Source: Blastocatellia bacterium (GTDB taxonomy: Bacteria > Acidobacteriota > Blastocatellia > Chloracidobacteriales > JADJPF01). Taken from it: a DNA stretch of 64,000 bases. The stretch is taken from assembly GCA_016713405.1 (NCBI GenBank), contig JADJPF010000015.1:1-64000 (forward strand), written 5' to 3'. Position 1 is the first letter of the stretch. Each line of letters opens with the position of its first letter. Positions 61,380 through 64,000 of the stretch are shown piece after piece. Under the pieces are notes generated by a model. It did not search any database. It saw nothing but the letters and a program-made list of their open reading frames with translations, and had not been told where the DNA came from. The position numbers and the translations under genes are program-made.

Positions 61380-62059
61380 TTATAAATTTTTAAGCATATC
61401 TTTAGCCACTTGTTTATCACGAGTGTCTTCTTTTTCATGGTTAGGTGAAAGAGGTGCTTTAATTACCCATTCTAAATGCTCACGAGCTTTATCTTTATTT
61501 TTTGTTGCCGCATAAACATCAGCTATATAAATATGATTTAAGTAGAATTTGGAGCCGTGTTTTAGAGCTTTAAGCATAAAATCAAGAGCTTTTTTATTAT
61601 CACCTCGTGAAAGCGGCCAAGAAGGTAACTGATTGTAAAGACGACCTAAAACCCTTAAAGGTGCGCCATAAAAGTATTTTTCATCTATTTCTAGAGCTTT
61701 ACGAGTATGTTTTTCTATTGGATCTATTAGTCGTACAGCTTCCAACATCCCTTTTCGCGCCCATAAAGCCCATAATTCACAGCCAACCAAAAATTAGACT
61801 CTAAAGAATCTTCATCAACTTCAACACCTTGTTTTCCGTATTCAACACCTTGTTGATAAATTTCTAAACGATCTTCTGCTTCAGCAACTTCACCTCGCCA
61901 ATAGTAAATTTGTGCTAGTAGCCCATATGCCCAATCCGTGTCAGGCTCTTTTTTTATTAACTTAACTAGCAAAGTTTCAGAATCTTTAAGATTAGTTTTT
62001 TTCTGTTCTCTAAGTTTAATTAAATTAAGTGCTTCATCATAAATTTTTTGATTTTTCAT
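61380..62059 (-). pseudogene. TPR-like repeat protein, one frameshift (ORFs 61727-62059 and 61380-61790)
   Basis: Helical repeat pattern (WAYGLLAQIYYWRGE..., ...IYIADVYAATKNKDKAREHLEW). Adding one base to the CCC at 61760-61762 joins '...FWLAVNYGLYG' to 'ARKGMLEAV...'. Confidence 0.6.
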
Positions 62060-62063
62060 AGGT

Positions 62064-62435
62064 TTATCCCAAAAATGCTTTAATCCATTTTATTACTGGT
62101 GGTGAAAGCTGTATTGCTCCTATTATAGAAATAAGTAATAAAAATAAGTGAAAAAATATACTACTCAAAGATTTTAATTCTAAAATAGACATTCCTAAAA
62201 TAGAGCTAGAAAAAATAAGTCCGATAATAAAAAATGTAACTGTAAAAAATACTGTTATAGATATTTTTATTCCTAACTCTAGCTTTTCAAGCTCTGGAGC
62301 TATAACAATTTCTGCTGGTTTTCCAATAGGGTTGCCATCCATATCTATTAAATTAGAGCTACAATGATGACAATGATGAGCAGAGACTTGTAATAATTTT
62401 GAGCAAAAAGGACATTTCTTCATTAGTTTTGTCAA
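62064..62435 (-). CDS. Zinc-ribbon plus membrane-domain hypothetical protein
   Basis: 'KKCPFCSKLLQVSAHHCHHCSSNL' followed by two TM-like segments. An alternative ATG start lies at 62423. Confidence 0.45.
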   Translation of the reverse strand: MTKLMKKCPFCSKLLQVSAHHCHHCSSNLIDMDGNPIGKPAEIVIAPELEKLELGIKISITVFFTVTFFIIGLIFSSSILGMSILELKSLSSIFFHLFLLLISIIGAIQLSPPVIKWIKAFLG

Positions 62436-62700
62436 AAACCTTAATTTTTAAGATGGATACTAAAACTTGTAAGATTAATTTTAAGGCTAAGTTTTAGCTG
62501 GGTTATTTTAAACGATAGGCTATTAAACAGCTAGTATTAATATTGTCCCAAATAGAAGAAAAACACAAAATTAATATTTTTTAGAAACCATTTACTTTTA
62601 TTTATTTAATAATTCTTATCCTAGACAAGCGGATAATTCTTTATGCTTGATCTATAATCACTCAAACTAACTATAAATAATTATAACTAGGGAAAATTAT

Positions 62701-64000
62701 ATGAGACTAACGCTGGCTATATTAACTAAGATATATAAGCTAATGTTTATTACAATATTTATTGGATTATGTTCAACTTTAACATTAGCTCAAGCAACTA
62801 AAGGCGATTTTAACCTTGAAATTAATCCAAAATCTGCAACTATTCCCGTAGGCAATGCAACCAGCTTTAGTATTTCTTTAACACCTGTAAATGGATTTAA
62901 TGAAGCAATAAAACTAACAGCTAGTTCTTCTGTAAAAATAGATATAGATTTCTCTACTAATTCAGTTAGACCGCCAGCTACAGTGACTATGAGAGTTAGC
63001 GTCCCTGATACTATACAACCAGGTAGCTATACAATAGGTGTTACAGCAAGTTCTGGATCAATTACAAAATCACAAAATATAACTATTAATGTCCCTTCGC
63101 CAACTTTTAGCTTAAGTGTTAGCCCTACGTCTGTACAAACTACACCAAACAGTAGCTTGGATTTTACTGTCTCAGTTGGTGGAGGAAGTGACTTAAAACG
63201 AGATGTTTCATTGAATGCTCAAAGCAAAGACGGCTTACCTGTGAGGTTGTCTAGTGATTTTGTTAGGCCTCCTGGCAGTGTTCGTATGACAGTTACTATT
63301 CCTACTGGAACGGAGATAAGAAATTATCAGGTAGTAGTTACTGGTAGTTTACCAGGCAGTACTACTTCACAAACTGCTACAGTTAACATTGATGTCAGAC
63401 CTTTACCAGATTATAGGCTTAGCTTTAATCCTACTTCCATTTCTTTGGCTGCTGGTGAGTCAGGAGATGTTTTTGTCAACATAGCTAGTCTTAACGGGTT
63501 TGATCAAAATGTAGACTTAAAAATAGACACTGAACTTAAAGCTTCCCTTTCTTCCACTGTCATTAATGGAGCAGGTACAACTCGTTTATCTATTAATACA
63601 GATCGGAATACGGCTGTTAAAGATTATTTAATTACAGTCAATTCCTCTAGTAATACTAAAGGAGGAGTAATTACAAAACGCGATACTCTAACAGTTACAG
63701 TTACTGCACCGCCTGATTTTACATTAGTTGCTTTACCAAATACTTTAGATATAGATCCAGGTAAAAGTGCTAATGTTAATGTTTCTATTACTCCTACTAA
63801 TAGGTTTACTGGAATAGTGAATTTAACAACAAATCCATCTAACCCTAATATTACAACTAGTTTAACTAGTAATAATATTGGCCCAAACTCAAGTGCAAGT
63901 TTAGCAATAAACGTTGGTGCTAATGTTGCACCAGGTACTTATGATATAAGCGTTTTTGGTTCATCTAGCGGAATACCGCAGAAAACAACAATAGTTAGAG
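62701..64000 (+). CDS. Large secreted protein made of tandem Ig-like/beta-sandwich repeats of about 100 aa; partial, continues beyond the right edge
   Basis: Absent from the ORF track because it has no stop in the window. My translation from the ATG at 62701 reads MRLTLAILTKIYKLMFITIFIGLCSTLTLAQA..., followed by at least four modules of the form 'F.L...P.s..v..G.s..f.v.v....gf...v.L......' each ending '...tv.V..P'. Confidence 0.65.
   Translation, partial: MRLTLAILTKIYKLMFITIFIGLCSTLTLAQATKGDFNLEINPKSATIPVGNATSFSISLTPVNGFNEAIKLTASSSVKIDIDFSTNSVRPPATVTMRVSVPDTIQPGSYTIGVTASSGSITKSQNITINVPSPTFSLSVSPTSVQTTPNSSLDFTVSVGGGSDLKRDVSLNAQSKDGLPVRLSSDFVRPPGSVRMTVTIPTGTEIRNYQVVVTGSLPGSTTSQTATVNIDVRPLPDYRLSFNPTSISLAAGESGDVFVNIASLNGFDQNVDLKIDTELKASLSSTVINGAGTTRLSINTDRNTAVKDYLITVNSSSNTKGGVITKRDTLTVTVTAPPDFTLVALPNTLDIDPGKSANVNVSITPTNRFTGIVNLTTNPSNPNITTSLTSNNIGPNSSASLAINVGANVAPGTYDISVFGSSSGIPQKTTIVR

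Overview
AT-rich bacterial chromosomal window, roughly one-third GC by eye (not computed). Gene content resembles Acidobacteria-like lineages: zinc-ribbon Ser/Thr kinases, a CarboxypepD_reg-type TonB-dependent receptor and an IPT/NHL protein. The taxon cannot be proven from the sequence alone. Layout: (1) 1-6743, minus strand: a type III-B (Cmr) CRISPR effector operon in the order cas10/cmr2, cmr3, cmr1, cmr4, cmr5, cmr6, then a CARF/DxTHG protein. There is no CRISPR array, cas6 or adaptation gene in the window. Four of the six cmr genes are broken by single-base frameshifts, most at short homopolymer runs. (2) 7.2-21.1 kb: ordinary metabolic, envelope and regulatory genes. (3) 21.3-32.2 kb, plus strand: the most unusual part. 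It holds a full-length bacterial homologue of the eukaryotic major vault protein (MVP), a small unknown ORF, a 600-bp intergenic region full of nested palindromes, a VIT+vWA protein (the domain pair of the vault component VPARP/PARP4), an alpha/beta hydrolase and a kinase-P-loop-TPR protein. I flag this as a candidate prokaryotic vault-like system. (4) 32-53 kb: housekeeping and envelope genes, including rpmE, a DUF1385 gene, prfA, lepB, two nucleotide-sugar dehydrogenases, transporters and a TonB-dependent receptor. (5) 53.9-61.1 kb: a complex I operon with membrane subunits only (nuoH-J-K-L-M-N, no nuoI or nuoA). (6) The right edge holds a partial large secreted protein made of tandem Ig-like repeats. 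No rRNA, tRNA, transposase or CRISPR array was recognised. Several other genes, including nuoL, also carry homopolymer-type frameshifts, so assembly error is a real alternative to pseudogenisation.
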